A stretch of DNA of 64,000 nt from Enoplolaimus lenunculus. Its lineage: Eukaryota. Below are positions 1-13,428 of the stretch, in pieces. Location: contig JASANG010003092.1 of NCBI GenBank assembly GCA_030248215.1, positions 620,001 through 684,000 of the forward strand, in the 5' to 3' direction. Each line of letters opens with the position of its first letter. Position 1 is the first letter of the stretch. The notes under the pieces are model-generated. The model was not told the origin of the DNA. It ran no database searches and worked only from the letters and a program-made list of their open reading frames with translations. Made by a program: the position numbers and the translations under genes.

Positions 1-190
1 AATTTGAATCCGACTATGTGCATGATCTGAAGTGTTATCGTATCGTTTTCTGTTGCAGTTGTTCAGATAAGCAGCCCGTATTATCTATTTAATTATAACT
101 GGGACTCCAAAACATAAACGCGTTGCCAATTCTGGCAACTGCTTTTCTAGTACAGTATTTTTATTACTTGTCTTGCTATATTTATTTCAG

Positions 191-3100
191 GTGGAATCAA
201 AAAACATCACACAGTGTCTGGCGTTAGTCAAGAATCGGTCGCTGCAATCAGTGTTGCAACTGCAATTGCATCACGACAACGGCCAACATCTTCAGATAGT
301 AGTCTAGCGTCGTCGTCTGCATCGTCTACGACTGCATTAATTACAGGTCAAGCAACAACAAGAACAACTGCTAATCCTGCGGAACAGTCTAGACGGGCTA
401 CGACAGGCCTAGACATTGCCTCGAAGACAGAAAACTCCGGGCAGATGTCGACCGCACGAGTAGACTCAGAAATACGGCATGAGGCGGCGCCAGGGACTGG
501 GTCTTGCTCTACAGTTTTTGGTGGGGGTGGGGGAGGTTTGACATCCGCGTGCCAAGAAATTACTGAACGATTACTAGGAAGACTAGAAGCGCTTGAGGTG
601 AGTTATAAGTAGTACTATTTTGTGTTTTAATTTGTTTCTTTAGGTCGAGGTCGTACGTTTCTAGGATCTGTCGAGTTATTTTGTTAATTTCTGCTCAAAA
701 GTGTATTCTTAGATATATTTTGCAGGGTTCCACCAGAATTCCTATTCCAGCCGGCATTCCTGCAAAAATCGTTCAGCAAGTCTCGGTATTTGGCAGGTCT
801 CGGACTCGGTTTTTTGATTCTCGGTTGTTTGGAACTGAGACCAGAAACAGCAAATATATCGATGTTGTTGAGTTAAGTGATGCCTGATGAATAAAATTTC
901 ACTGTGGATCTATGAATTTTCATAGTTACGCAATAATTATGAGCAGACTTTTTCAAAAACTACAAAAAACTGACAAACACAAAAAACTGCGAAAAGCCCA
1001 TTAAAAAGAATTTATTTTGAAATTTTGATTTTTACGGTAGTGATCAAAAATTTTGGTCGAAACTGAGACTTCTCATGGTAGGTCACGGTAGTCAGGTCTC
1101 AGTCTCGGTCCCGGTCTCGGTTTGTAATCGAAACAGCCCATTCCTGTTAAGTTGTTAAATTGAAAAATTTCGTTTAGTTCCTGTTCCTGTTCCGGCAAAA
1201 TTAAGTTCCTGTTGGAACACTGGTATTTTGCTAAAAGGGCATATAAATAATTTTCGATTGCTAGATGTGTACTCAAAACCAGAACGGTAGAGAAATGCTT
1301 ATCTGCTGCATCGAAATAATTGCATTAATTGTGCATTCTGGGAAGTAATTATGTTTAGCACATACCGCTGCATTGTTTCTGACTGATTTTGTTAAAAAAT
1401 TTAATCAGTTAGGCTGGGAAAGTTAATAAAGTTAATGACACAAAATCTCAGCACATTCAGCTTGATCGAAAGCTAAAAATTTCTATAGCAAATAGTTGGC
1501 TACTTAGAATTTTAAAACACTAGTTTTCAGCTGATATTAGGGTCCAAAAAACAACAAACGAAAAAAACCCCCAAAAAACTTAATTGCAGGATTTCGTCAG
1601 AGCTTGATAACCTATTGCAAAATGTTAGTAGGGGCTACACACGTTTGAGAATACGAGCCTAGTTTATATTTGAATTTTTTATGTGTATATTTGTGTGCAC
1701 GATTGTTAAAATCGCAGTGAAATAAATAAACAAATAGTGCGTGAAAACGCTCTACAAAATTGTTTTAATCGTGAATACAACAGTAAAAGCTTAATATGAT
1801 TGCTGCTGTCTTAAAACGATTCAATTATCACATTGGCAGCAGAGCAGTCTCACTTATGGCATAGCGGTGGCGGGCTTCAGGAATGAACCCCTTTAATGAT
1901 TTTTAACAAAGGTTTTTAGGAAGTTCTTCTTTAAAACAATTTTTAGTTAGCAATTGGAACTCTGTTTTGAAATTGTTGTAGAACTGTAATATTCCCCTTT
2001 TCAAAATCACGTCTTGGTCTGCGCCCCTGAATCAGTTGTGTTGTTTTGTGAGAGCAAATTCAGTCTTTTTTTCTCAAATTTAAGTACGTAAATGAAAATT
2101 GTTTTAATTTTCGCAGCAAATTGTTTTGTTTTTTGTTTTTTTTTTGCTTTATTGCTTTGAATTGTGTTTTGCTATGTTTGTGCTCTTTTGTGATATTATT
2201 TGGTGGGTTTTGTTTTAGAAGTGAAATTTGTATATTCATGAATGTGAATGTTTCTCTTCGATTTGTTTTTGGCTGGTCTGTGTGTTGTTTAATCACGGTG
2301 GGTGCTTGATGGCACAATTGTATTTTCATCAAATGCTGCTGGAATGACTAAGCTACACTGCTGAGAGATAACAGATATTTGTTGTCAAAATTGTGCAAAA
2401 ATATAAAAACATAATATTGTTGGTGTTGTGGTTGTTTTGAAGCGAAATTATTATTATTGTGTTTGTTGTTAAGAGGCAAGAGTGGATTTATGAGTGGTGG
2501 CAAATGACGAGTTTGACGACTTTTGTTTCTGTTGCGAGTGTAATTTTTAGTCTACAAAGCTTGGATCTCGGACAAATTTTAGCAAATGACATGCTTAAGG
2601 TGGTTTGTTGAAAATTGTAGGAGTTTAGTGTTTCCGGCTTTTGATGTATTGGAGAATTGAGAGTGGCTTTTAGGCGTGTAGGTATTTTAAATTCGTTGGA
2701 ATATGTAAGCGTTTACAGATGAAAACAAATAGGCCACAACCGATGATGCTTATATGCCAGCTTCTGTTTTGTACACCAAAACGATGGCTTCCCACGATGT
2801 TGATAATCGCTTGTTTACTAGTCTATTTCTTCGTCTTAATTTTTGCAACTTTAAGTCGAAAATGCATAGCGCAGAAATTTAGCAACTTTGCAGCCTTAAA
2901 ATTGGTACCGTAGAACTTGGCATCATCGACGTCTATAAAATAAGCCAATTTTCATTGTAGTCCTATTGAGGTCCTTGTTCAGTACGTCGGCCCAAACCGA
3001 TACCCTTAAAAACTGGCTTAAAAGTTTAGCAATTATTTGCGCATATTTCTTGTGACGGTGTTGGATTTAAAATGCGATGGTAGAAAGTAACAACCCTCCC

Positions 3101-6100
3101 TGGCTCGCTGCCTGTGTAATTTTTAAAACAGGAAACCCAGCCAAAAAATGTGAATCGAACATCGAAATAAAAGAATGTTATTGTTAGTTTGTAATTTAGC
3201 AACTGCAACATTTGTATATAAACGATTTGTTGCAAAACAAATCTCCACTTTTCGTCTGAAACGTGTAACTGAGTATTTTTCAACATTTTAGTTACGGGCG
3301 TAGCCAGAATTTCATTTCGGCAGGGTATAATGTCATGTAAACGAAATATTTTTTACCTTTAAGATCTCGAAGGTTATTTTCAAACCTGTTAAAAGTGATT
3401 TATTTTTCACAACTAAATTTGTTTGAGGCATTATTATTCTCTGTATCCGCGCCTGTATACGCTGCGGAATTCAGTTGTTTTTTTTGTTATTTTGCGCCGA
3501 TGTTAATAATACCTACCGTGATGTAGTAAAATTTAATTCAAAGTTATAAGTTAAAGTTGATGCAGTGTTGTGTATGTACTTTGCCGCAGTGATTGCATCA
3601 TTTTTTTCGACGAGGAAAGATTAATGAACGTACATCACGTAACGCTTGTTTACTTGCATTTAAGTAGTTTAACGACAGTCGTTTTTGTTAGGATTAATGT
3701 TTGTTAAACGTTTAGTTTTCGTCGCATTTCAGTGTGTTTTTTGTGTCTTGATTCTATCGGCAGATATATTTTTGAGTGAAAGTTTAGTTTATTAGAATGG
3801 TGAGGGCAAGTAAAACTTAGCAACTGTTTGAATAACAAACTTATGTTTTGGGAATTAGTTGCCATGCAGGAGAGCAGCAGCTGATCCATAAACGAGACGG
3901 GTCCGCATATGTAATGGCGCTATATAGAATGGTGAAAGGAGTCTAGCTAGCGTAATGAACCAGAAGCCAAATTTAATTTTAATATTTCGCAAGGTAGAAA
4001 GGGTCTTGGGGGGGGCGGTTTGTATAAAATGATCCATTTTATGTTATGCGAAATTATTTCAGTTTAAAAATTGGAGGGGCCACCCACCGATTTCGCCCTG
4101 GGCTTCTGCGTTACTGTACAGGTAGATTGTAAGGAGGTTCAGATGTGTACTGGTCAGTACACGATGCAGTAAGGCAGTATAGTGTACACTATGACGCTTT
4201 AACGGTTATGGCTGGTAAAGACGCTTACAGCGTGCATCGCGTTGGTGAAACCATTTTGTAGTGGGTTTGGTTTGTTTTGCTCAATAGTTGAGTTTAATGG
4301 TTGGTAACAATTGAACAATGGTCAAAATTCGAAGTTTCTGGAATTGGCAAATTGCGAAGCTTGTTGTATAGTTTTAAGCTACGTTTTTAAATACAATCGA
4401 AACTTGACGAAATTAGCCGCGATAGCTTTTAGCTGTCTGTAGTAATATGTACGTAAACCCCAAACTACGAGAAATTTGCAGTTTCACTAAGCAGTCAACA
4501 GGGATATGCGATTTCGGACAAAAAAGCGAGACCGAGACCGAGACCAGTCAAATCCTGATACTTGCCGATACCAGCCAAATCCCGAGACTTGTCGAGACCG
4601 AGATCGAGACTGAGACTGACACCGTCCATCTTTGGCAGTCAATTAAATAAATTATTTACCAACAGTGGAAAACTTTTAAATTTTACTTTCATTCAAACGT
4701 TTGTATCGTGGAAAATATACAGCGAACTAAAGACTTTTCATGTTAGCAACTTTGTTACTTAATGATGCGCCTCGGAAGCCTTATTATCGTTCTGACAATA
4801 TTGTTTTAAAATTCTCGAAACTTGTTTACCCGACATAACTGCTACATTTGTTTTGAATCGTATGTATAGTGAGTGAGAATTCAAAGGGCTATGGTGAAGC
4901 GGTTTGTTGTGAACTGACGTTTAAAAGTAGGTCAACCGTTTGTATAAATCGCGTCATGTACTGCGTTCGTGATGCGCTGTTGTTAAATATATTTTCGTGA
5001 TTTTTCAAAAGCTAAACACTGCTTTCACTGCTTTTTAGCTTTGTTATTAATTGCAAATGTGATGATGTCGGTTATGTTTTCATGAGCCTTAAATGAGACG
5101 GGGATAAAAAATTTTATATTTTGTTCGAACTTTTTTTACATTTTGAGAATATGTTTCAGTTTTGAATAAACTTCGACAGCGACTGTTTAGTTCTTTTCGT
5201 TTATGCAACGTTTTGTGACATTTTACCTAAAATGTTGTGGATGAATTTTTGGAAAAAAATACCGAAAATGATATTAGAAAAGCAATATTTTATTAATTTT
5301 AGCAAATTATGATTTTTAATTTTAATTTGTGCTCATTATTGCTGCAGTTGTTGGTAATAATAACGTGATAGTTAAGTTTTGAAATCGTCGAGTTTGTGAT
5401 GTCGACGGCACGTACGTTTGCACTTAACTCAGCGTTGTATTGTCAAGATGTAGCTTGTGAATTGACCATCAAGCCGTGGTACTATAAGGTGCGACATGTT
5501 ACGACCAGCTTGTAACCTGGTTCCGCCGGAATTTCCGTTTCGGCTGGAACTCCTGTACAATTTGGATTAGTGTTTACATGATAAAATTATTTTGAAACTA
5601 TGCCAAACCAATCGCAGTTGTTCAGTACGCCAGTATCTTAAGCATCTGGCAGTTATACACGAGGGGTTTGTTTGGTCACTGGTAGAGAGCAGATGCCTGA
5701 TTTAAGTACCCATATTCTCAAAACTGTGTAACGCTTTTCCGCAAATGGTGTAAGGTTTTGTTTCCTGTTGTAGAATTAGTGACTAGCGAAGTTCGAAATA
5801 CAGTAGATTTTTCGCGTTTGATTTGAACTGCTTTTCTGTTCGAATGTTTTAAATGCGCATTCCGCAATTACTGGAGTTTGTTGAAACGGAATATGATTTT
5901 GGGTGTATTTGGTAATTTGTTCATTTCGAACAATTGCAGCATATCTGTAATGAAAAAATACGAACGTTGTTAGTCGTAATGCGTTAATCTGGTATAATTG
6001 AATATATAAGTGTGTTTATTGTTTTAGCACGAAGTGGCGTCACTGCGTTCCGAAAAGACTTTGTAAGTGTGGTTTATAGGTATTTTCTTTTCTGTGTTTG

Positions 6101-9100
6101 TAGCGTGTGATGGAATAAAGTTAGAGTAGTTTCACAAAAGGTTATGTTTCGCATCATTCGCTCATACGATTGTATTGGTATCAAACTATTGCATTATCAG
6201 TGGCATCTCTTTTCTGGCGAGTTGTTTGCTAAAATGCACACGAAAGCATACTCGACTTTGCATAAACTCTCATATGCTAAGTTAATAAGTTGGTATTATT
6301 TTCGGCCCAAAGGAGGTGTTGGGACTGAAATAATTCAGTTTTTTAAATTCTAATTTTGACATGAAACAATTAGACGGGGTCATGAGAAACTTAAATGTGC
6401 AAAAATATTAAAAATTTGGCAATTTTTAGGTAAATGAAGGCTGGCGGGCATTTTACCAAGAAGAGCCGTTTATATTTAGGCTTCCATTGCTAAAGTCTAA
6501 ACCTAAACCTTAAATGTGGGAAAGTGCACTAGAGCCATTCAATTTGTACCTGTCCTGCGGCGTCAGTACTCTTCACCCACATTTAAGCCTAAGATTAAAA
6601 AGGCTTCCATATGCCAAAGTGTAAGCCTAAACCTTAAATATGTTGGGAAAGTACACAACAGCCTTATTAGTCTACCATTTTACTGATGTTTAACTGGTTC
6701 CTTTTTGAATGTTGGTAACGTACTGTAGCGACCCGAATAAGAGGAAGCCCCATTTTGAGTCCCAATCTATAGGAGTCCGTATCCCTAATAAGAGTCCGTA
6801 AGCGGATAGTGTTCCTAAACCCTATGTAGAGCCCATAAATGTTAATTTTTTCTAATTAAAAGTGCATAAATAACTCCAGGCAAAAATAAAGTTAAGTTCA
6901 AAAATTTAAAGCATACTTAAGTTTTGAAAGTACATTCCTAAGTATAACCTTGCATTATCGCTCAAGCTTTTGATACAAGACAAATAAACGTTTAATTCAA
7001 CGGATAATTGCAGTACCTGCTATATATCAGTAAACGAAGGGTGACGGAGCGTGGGATAAAAATGAATAACAATGCGTAGCCGAATACCACGGGGTACCCT
7101 CTGGAGAGGCCAAACAAATATCTGTCCCACCTCGTGTTCGGGTCACTACATACAGTAAATGTGTGTGTGAGTTCAGTAGAAATGAATATCCATTGATTTG
7201 TGAAATTTATAGGATGGCAGGCGAACTGGCGATGTTTCACGATAAGTTTGGTGCAAATTCGTCAGCTGGCACCGGCGTGACGACCGCAACGACGATACCT
7301 GGATCGAATCGGTCACCAGCAGGAATTGCATCGACGGCGTCACTGGCAACTCCCGTTGCAACAGGTGCGAATAGTGCAACTGGCGCTACTGGAGTCGGAG
7401 CGACGTCAACAACTGCAGGAGCGTCTACTCCGTTCGGTTCAACAGGAGGATCGTCGACAACAACGTCAACATCGTCGCTGTTGCCCGATTTGACGAGGCA
7501 GTTGGAAATTTTGCGAAACAAAGAAGCCGAATTGTCGCAACGTCGAACGGAGTTGCAGAAAGAGTTTGACGAAAAACAAATCGATCTGGACTATCGTGAA
7601 CGAGCGATCGTTGAAAAAGAGGTGAGCGAGTTGTTTCGACGGTATGGTTGAAAAAACACATGGGTTTGAGATCAACGTATTTGTTTCACTGTCATGTGTC
7701 ACGAAAATTTTGAAGTGGAAAATGACACAATAATGGCAATAAAATTTGAATTCTAATCAAAATCTAGAGTTGTAATTATTGATTTGTATTTTACCTGACG
7801 ATTCTGTTTCGTCTGCAGTGGCTTTCTATCGCTGTAACACGACTTGGGGGTGGCGCCGAACCCACCGAATTTCATGATTTATGAATCCGAACTTTGATTT
7901 CAAAAAATTTCTATGGACGCAGCAGAAATATGTGAAAATTTCTTAATAGCGAACAAGGAATAACTCATTGAAGCATGGGCTGAGGTTCAGAATCTCAAGT
8001 GTTAAAAGTTTCCGAACAATGGCCCAGTCTGTTTTAATTTAATTTCAAAAAGAAATGTCTCTGAACGTTGCCGGCCTGCGCTGTACATGCATAGACTGTT
8101 GTTTTTACTAGATAATGATTTTGTTATCGTTGTAGTTGTTAAGTTTTCGCATTTGTTTTACTCACAGAAAACTCTGGCACGGTTCGAAGAAGACATCGGA
8201 CACAAATGGAACCGGCTTGCCGAAGTTTGGGGTCATTTTCGGTCTCAAGGTATCCCGTTAGCTCCTCTAACCGGTGGTAAAAATGATATTTTATTCCCTG
8301 ATTCGAACATTCACAATCCGCCACGAGCCGCAAAATATAATATGTCACGTGGTACGAGTTCAACTCAGCAGCCTACGGTACCCCCCTCTTCAGTAGGGTT
8401 TCTGCAGCGAAGTTCGACGATTTCCGGTGTGTCTAATAGTGCTGGTGTTGGTAGTAGTTGTAGTAGCAGTAGTAGTTCTGGTGCACCCTATCGTGGCAAT
8501 TTAGTCGGTAATGCAAATCTAAATAATCAGCCGTCTGTTCCTAATATTTTAAAGCATAAAAATCGTGATTGTGTAGTAGCAGATCATGGATCTATAGCAG
8601 AGAGTAATATTGGAAACGAAACCACTGCTGGAGAAAATACTGGTAAGAAGTCGAACACGCGGTTTCCGTCTGGCAACAACGACAACAGCAGCAGCAGCAG
8701 CAACAACAACAACAACAACAATAACAGCTACAAGTCCCCGGTGACGACTCCACGAGTGAAACACGGCGCTTCGGCTTCGATTGACTTAAGTGATTGCGAT
8801 TCAGTGATGACTTGTGTTACGACGCTTTCAAATTCCGGGCAAGGAGCAGCCCCGTGTGACAACACTGGAAATGGAGACAATAGTTTGCCAGCGGCGGGCA
8901 GTAGCCCGACTTGGCAGCATGAACAACGTTCAGCGTTTGATAATACGCCGCCGTTGATGTCAGCGGTTGTTGCAGTGCCACCGCATTTGGCAGGCGCTGC
9001 AGTTAACGAAGCTAAGCTGGCAGCGAAGTTGACCGCAGCGGCTGCTGCTGCGGCGGCCGCTAATTCTACAGTCACTGGTGGTAATGCTACTGGTGTTACA

Positions 9101-9715
9101 GCGCCTGGGGCTGGTAGCGTTGGCCAATCGAATGGGGATCACCGACAGGTCACCCCTCTTTCTGATAATAGTCTGGCGACACCCCTCTCGCGGTCTGGTA
9201 CTAGTGGATTGGTTACAACTGCGGCACTGGCGAATCGGTTAGGCAGTAGCTCAGCGAATGGTGCTGGCAAAGGGCATCTATCAACGTCGGGAGTCGCACT
9301 TAGCAGCTCGGGATCAGATATCAGGTCTGCCGTGTCAGCTTCAAAAGATGCTCCCGATAATCGGTCTAGTAAACGTGCCTCAAAATCAAATATGCCATCT
9401 CAGTCAAAATCCAGCGGTGGCAAGTCAAAAACGAACAGCAGTTGTCAGCAACAACTGAATTCCGCAACCAGTACAGGGTCTAGTATGATCAGTTCCCTAT
9501 CGAAACGATTACCTCACGTTTCGAAACATTCGTCACCGCCGAAAGCAAGCTACAGTAATCCGTTGTTCTCTGACGCAACTGGTCTAACAACTCATGTTGC
9601 TGTTAGTAGTAACGGTGCCCCTGCCGCAGCCACTATACCAGTATCCGCTGGTTCAGTAGCAGGCATTCAGCAGCTACTTCCGTCAAAATTAGCGTCCTCG
9701 ACCAAGAAGAAATAG
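191..9715 (+). CDS. 3' part of a probable Lbc-family Rho guanine nucleotide exchange factor (ARHGEF18/ARHGEF28/AKAP13/Cysts-like), C-terminal coiled coil and low-complexity tail; gene starts upstream of the window
   Basis: Exons 191-597, 6028-6062, 7213-7621, 8168-9715 (TAG). All introns are GT-AG and phases are compatible (0,2,0). Spliced coiled coil reads LLGRLEALE|HEVASLRSEKTL|MAGEL...RQLEILRNKEAELSQRRTELQKEFDEKQ...VEKE|KTLARFEE. Motifs VPPHLAGAAVNE and IQQLLPSKLASSTKK resemble, from memory, the ARHGEF18 tail (..LLSATNQ..QQQIPTKLAASTK). DH/PH domains are not in the window, so the family call is less certain than the exon structure. Confidence 0.65.
6723..7150 (+). mobile_element. Tc1/mariner-superfamily (Tc2/pogo-like) non-autonomous element, copy 1
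   Basis: TA|CTGTAGCGACCCGAA...TTCGGGTCACTACA|TA; colinear along its full length with 52783-53224; fragments at 20724-20800 and 31850-32013 (reverse). Confidence 0.8.
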
Positions 9716-11084
9716 GGGGTGGTTTGAATTGAATTTCTATCGGTTGCATTCAAATTATTTTTTATTCTGGTAAGAGAGAGATACTGATCATGAAGCGAAG
9801 TCATTGGTGCAATCTTCGTTTAACGATACTGATTTTTTACGCAGGAAATGTGCTGGGACAGTAAAGCAGAGAAACTTTCCGGCTCTGCGGATACGTACGT
9901 CATTAGATTGAACGTGTCGGAACGACATTTACGGTTTTATTATGGGTTGGTTCAATGATAGTTGCATCATTTAAAAATAAAAATACCCAAATCTGCAGTA
10001 GGTCGATAAAGTTACTTGGAATGCCTTGACTGAACTGTGTGCAACTCGATTTTCAATATGGTGCTACGATTTGCTTTAAATGATGTATATAGTGGTATCC
10101 GAGTTATTGAAGACTTGTAGCCGGGAGACTCCTTAAAGGTTAGTAAATGGTTGGTGCATGTTGTCAAACGTTGCTGGTTGAAACACATTTCAGCACGAGT
10201 AGGTCAGTTTTACTAACGGGTTGTTAAGATTATATTTGCAATATTCAATGGTTGAGTATTAATTTATATAAACTCTAGTTAAAGTAACGATTTGAGGTGC
10301 ATTTTGTGGCCTACAGCTTTCTTACGCTGTACTGTGTTTTCAGTTTTTTTAATAATCTGTGTTTGAAAGCAAAACGTTTGTTTGCCAAAACAAACTGCTA
10401 TCGTCTAGCACACAAATTGCTGGTTTGATTTAAGCATCAATATTTTGTAAACAAACTTTATTTTAAAGAATTTGTGCTGGGACTCACATCTGAAACGTCT
10501 AGTAGAGGATCGTAAAGGCAGTACCGGATAGAGACAGGGGTGGGGGCTTCCCCAGAATTCCAGTGTGGTCGCCCCTAAACTCGCTGGTGAGAAGCCAGAC
10601 GCATTTTAAAACTTTGGCGATTTTTGTTTCAGCCCATTAGAGTGGGGGCTAGTTTAGGGATGGTGCACACAAAGGGGGAGTATGTGGCAATGGCTGCTGT
10701 AATAATTTAGTGAAACTTATTGTTGTATTTGAAACTTATTTGTCTTAAACTATTTTGGTCGTGTTTTTATTTCCAATATGGTGCATTTCTTTATATATGT
10801 ATGATTGTACACTTGTGTAATTTTGCGTTTATTTTCCAGCGTTCAGTATAAAGATGTGCTGACCAAATCACATGTGGCCTTTGCTTCTAAATTGGTTTAT
10901 ATTTTTATTGTCTTTCGCTGTTTTATACTTTTTATTATACCTGTTGATTAGGAATTTTTGTTGAATGCTCTCTTGAAACACAATACCTTGGTCCCTTGGG
11001 TAAATTAAGTAATTTTGTCTTTTATACCGAAGTTTTTGCAAATTATAAAGTGTTTGTTCATATATGTTTCAAATAATATGCTTA

Positions 11085-11090
11085 AATAAA
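11085..11090 (+). promoter_or_regulatory. Candidate polyadenylation signal for the RhoGEF-like gene (alternative at 9976-9981)
   Basis: AATAAA after a T-rich, 3'UTR-like stretch; position-based guess only. Confidence 0.3.
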
Positions 11091-13054
11091 AGCGGAGAAA
11101 ATGAGCATTTGAAAGTGACTGTGCAGGTTTGTTCCGAGCTTTTATAATATTAGAAATTGTTGCAGTTTAAACTATTTTTCGCAAAAACTGTTCGTTTTGA
11201 GTCTAAATTTTTTCACAGTGGTACATTTCCGCAGTGGTACACATCAACGTTTACAACTCCTCGCCGCTTTCTGAATCTAAATATGTTTATGGTGTGGTTT
11301 CACTTTTATGTTTAATAGCCCTATATTTGTTCTCTATAATCCAGAGCGGCGGTTGTTTTGTGTTTGGTGCTTGATGGTGGAATAGTTAGTAATTATCGGG
11401 CAATCACATAAAGTTTGGTTTAGTTTTGAAACATCTAAAAATAAATTAAATATGACAGTTGCCTTTAAACGATGATGTTTTGTGTAACTATTGCGACTGA
11501 AATATTGTGGTTGTTAATTTTTTTAAACCTTGGTCCATTTAATCGTCGAAAAATGATAACTGCTTTCGATATAAAGCATTTAATTCTATTCTGAAAACGT
11601 GGCCGTGCATTGACTTATACATATATTTGTATTTCTGTTAAATTTTGCAAGGTTCGCTATGCTTTTTGGGTGCCTGTGTTCACTATATCATATGTCAGTA
11701 AAAGTCTGCGGTTGGCGTTTTCGTCTGAGCGACTACGTGTAGTATATATACTTATTTTTTCAATAGCGTTTGGTCATTCACATAATAAATGCATTCCGGA
11801 AAAAATAAATTTTAAGTGTAACCAAAGCTATATCCTCAGCTTACTGGACATATACACATTGAGATTATATTGTGTGGGATTTGCATACCAAAGGCAGGCG
11901 AATTGCGATTTGTCCCTATTGATTCGACGTCGACGTTAAAATATGGGCTCTCGTATCGGATGAACGAACAACTACAATGTCGTTACAAAACCACTTGAAA
12001 CTATAGCGTCATAATGAAAAACGTAAGGTTGAAATCCAATTATGCATTCAGCAGGATTTAGTGTTGTTTCTATTATAGAAATACGGAAACTCTGTTTTGT
12101 GCTGAAAATTCTAAATCGTTGGTATACATATAATGTATCGCAATTTTTCATTGCAGAACAGAAATGCAGCATCTGTTCGATATGAAACAACCTTGAAATT
12201 TTTTAGTGCATCCGCTATATTTTTGTTTAATTTTAGAAAGGCCAGTGAATATTTGCATTATTGATGAGCACCGGATGTTCCGAAAAGAAATATGTATCCG
12301 AAATGCTATTGTGTAAAAAATTTGGAATAATTTGATATGAAATGCGTCATCAGAGTCCGATGTCTGGTGAAAGATCGATTCGCAAGAAACCTGATACGCA
12401 AACGGTGGCCCGTGGGCGACATCTGAAATGGCCTCCGAAATGATAAACCTGCAGTTGTATTTAAAGGCAAGTGCGTATTGCAGCTATCCCCAGTTAAAAT
12501 CAAACGACGAAGCATTCGAACAAAATGTTTTCAATATTATATTGAATTATATAAACTGTTGTGGCAGCAACTATGAAAGCAAAAAGGCTGAAATAGAACA
12601 ACTCTAAATTTCACAAACAATATAAACCGAAAAAACCAAATCTACTCACAAAATCGTCAATAGTCCAACATTGTGACTGAGGTTTGAATACAGAATTTCC
12701 TTTCGTCAGCTGCAGCGACTTAATGGTGAAACAATGCAATTTATTCCAAAAACTTTTTCACACTAACATTTCGATATTCGGATATATCCGGATATCCGGA
12801 TACATATTTCATTTCGGATCCATATCCGAATATTTTTCATATCCCGATATCCGGTGCCCGTCTGTAATCACGAGTTTCAAGGAAGCCGCTGTCACCTGAT
12901 GGCCCTGGGCTATAAGAAAAATCTCTTTTAGCCCAGTGCAATCGCGAGCTCGTTTTGAAAATTACATTGTGATATCCCTGGGTTATAAGAGATTTTGTGG
13001 CGCCGTTGGCAAAATTATTGTGAACGGCGCGTAAGCGTAAGTATCTGTCAATAT

Positions 13055-13428
13055 CATGGTGCAACCGGAGGTGAAAAATACCGCAGCCAGAGCCGGAGGT
13101 CAGCGAAACTTGCCGGGGCCGAAGCCGGACGTGAGTATAGAAATTAGGTAGTAAAAATGGCGGTTTAGTTAATTTTAGCCAATATCTGCCATATGTTGTT
13201 AAGTTGTTTGGTTTTACGCTAATTTTCTTGGGAAATTTCGGAAATTCTTTCCTGAGAACTGTGACAAAAGTAGAACGAAACGCGCTAAACAGATAACTTT
13301 TGCAAAATTATGCAAAATTTTACAACCAAAATTGCCGGAACCTCCGGCAAAAATTCTACCGGAACCGGAGCCGGAGGCCGATTTTCTGCCGGAACCGGAT
13401 CCGGAGGCCGACCTCCGGTTGTACCCTG
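13055..13428. mobile_element. hAT-like MITE with CCGGA(G/A) subterminal repeats
   Basis: TIR CATGGTGCAACCGGAGGT / ACCTCCGGTTGTACCCTG; TSD GTCAATAT vs CTCAATAT (7/8); related fragments at 13640-13730, 26560-26642, 31610-31700. Confidence 0.8.

Noticed and set aside
4121..4167. Alternative bridging exon for the RhoGEF-like gene (VDCKEVQMCTGQYTM)
   Set aside because: Phase-compatible, but has a weaker acceptor and breaks the coiled-coil pattern; 6028-6062 fits much better.
4447..4650. ETETET / PEPEPE / PKPKPK small ORFs (also 13332-13577, 56828-57010)
   Set aside because: Translations of MITE hexamer repeats (GAGACC, CCGGAG, CCTAAG).
10990..11012. Spliced-leader-like TTAATTTACCCAAG on the minus strand
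   Set aside because: Only a partial match to SL1, with no following GT donor or Sm site; likely chance.
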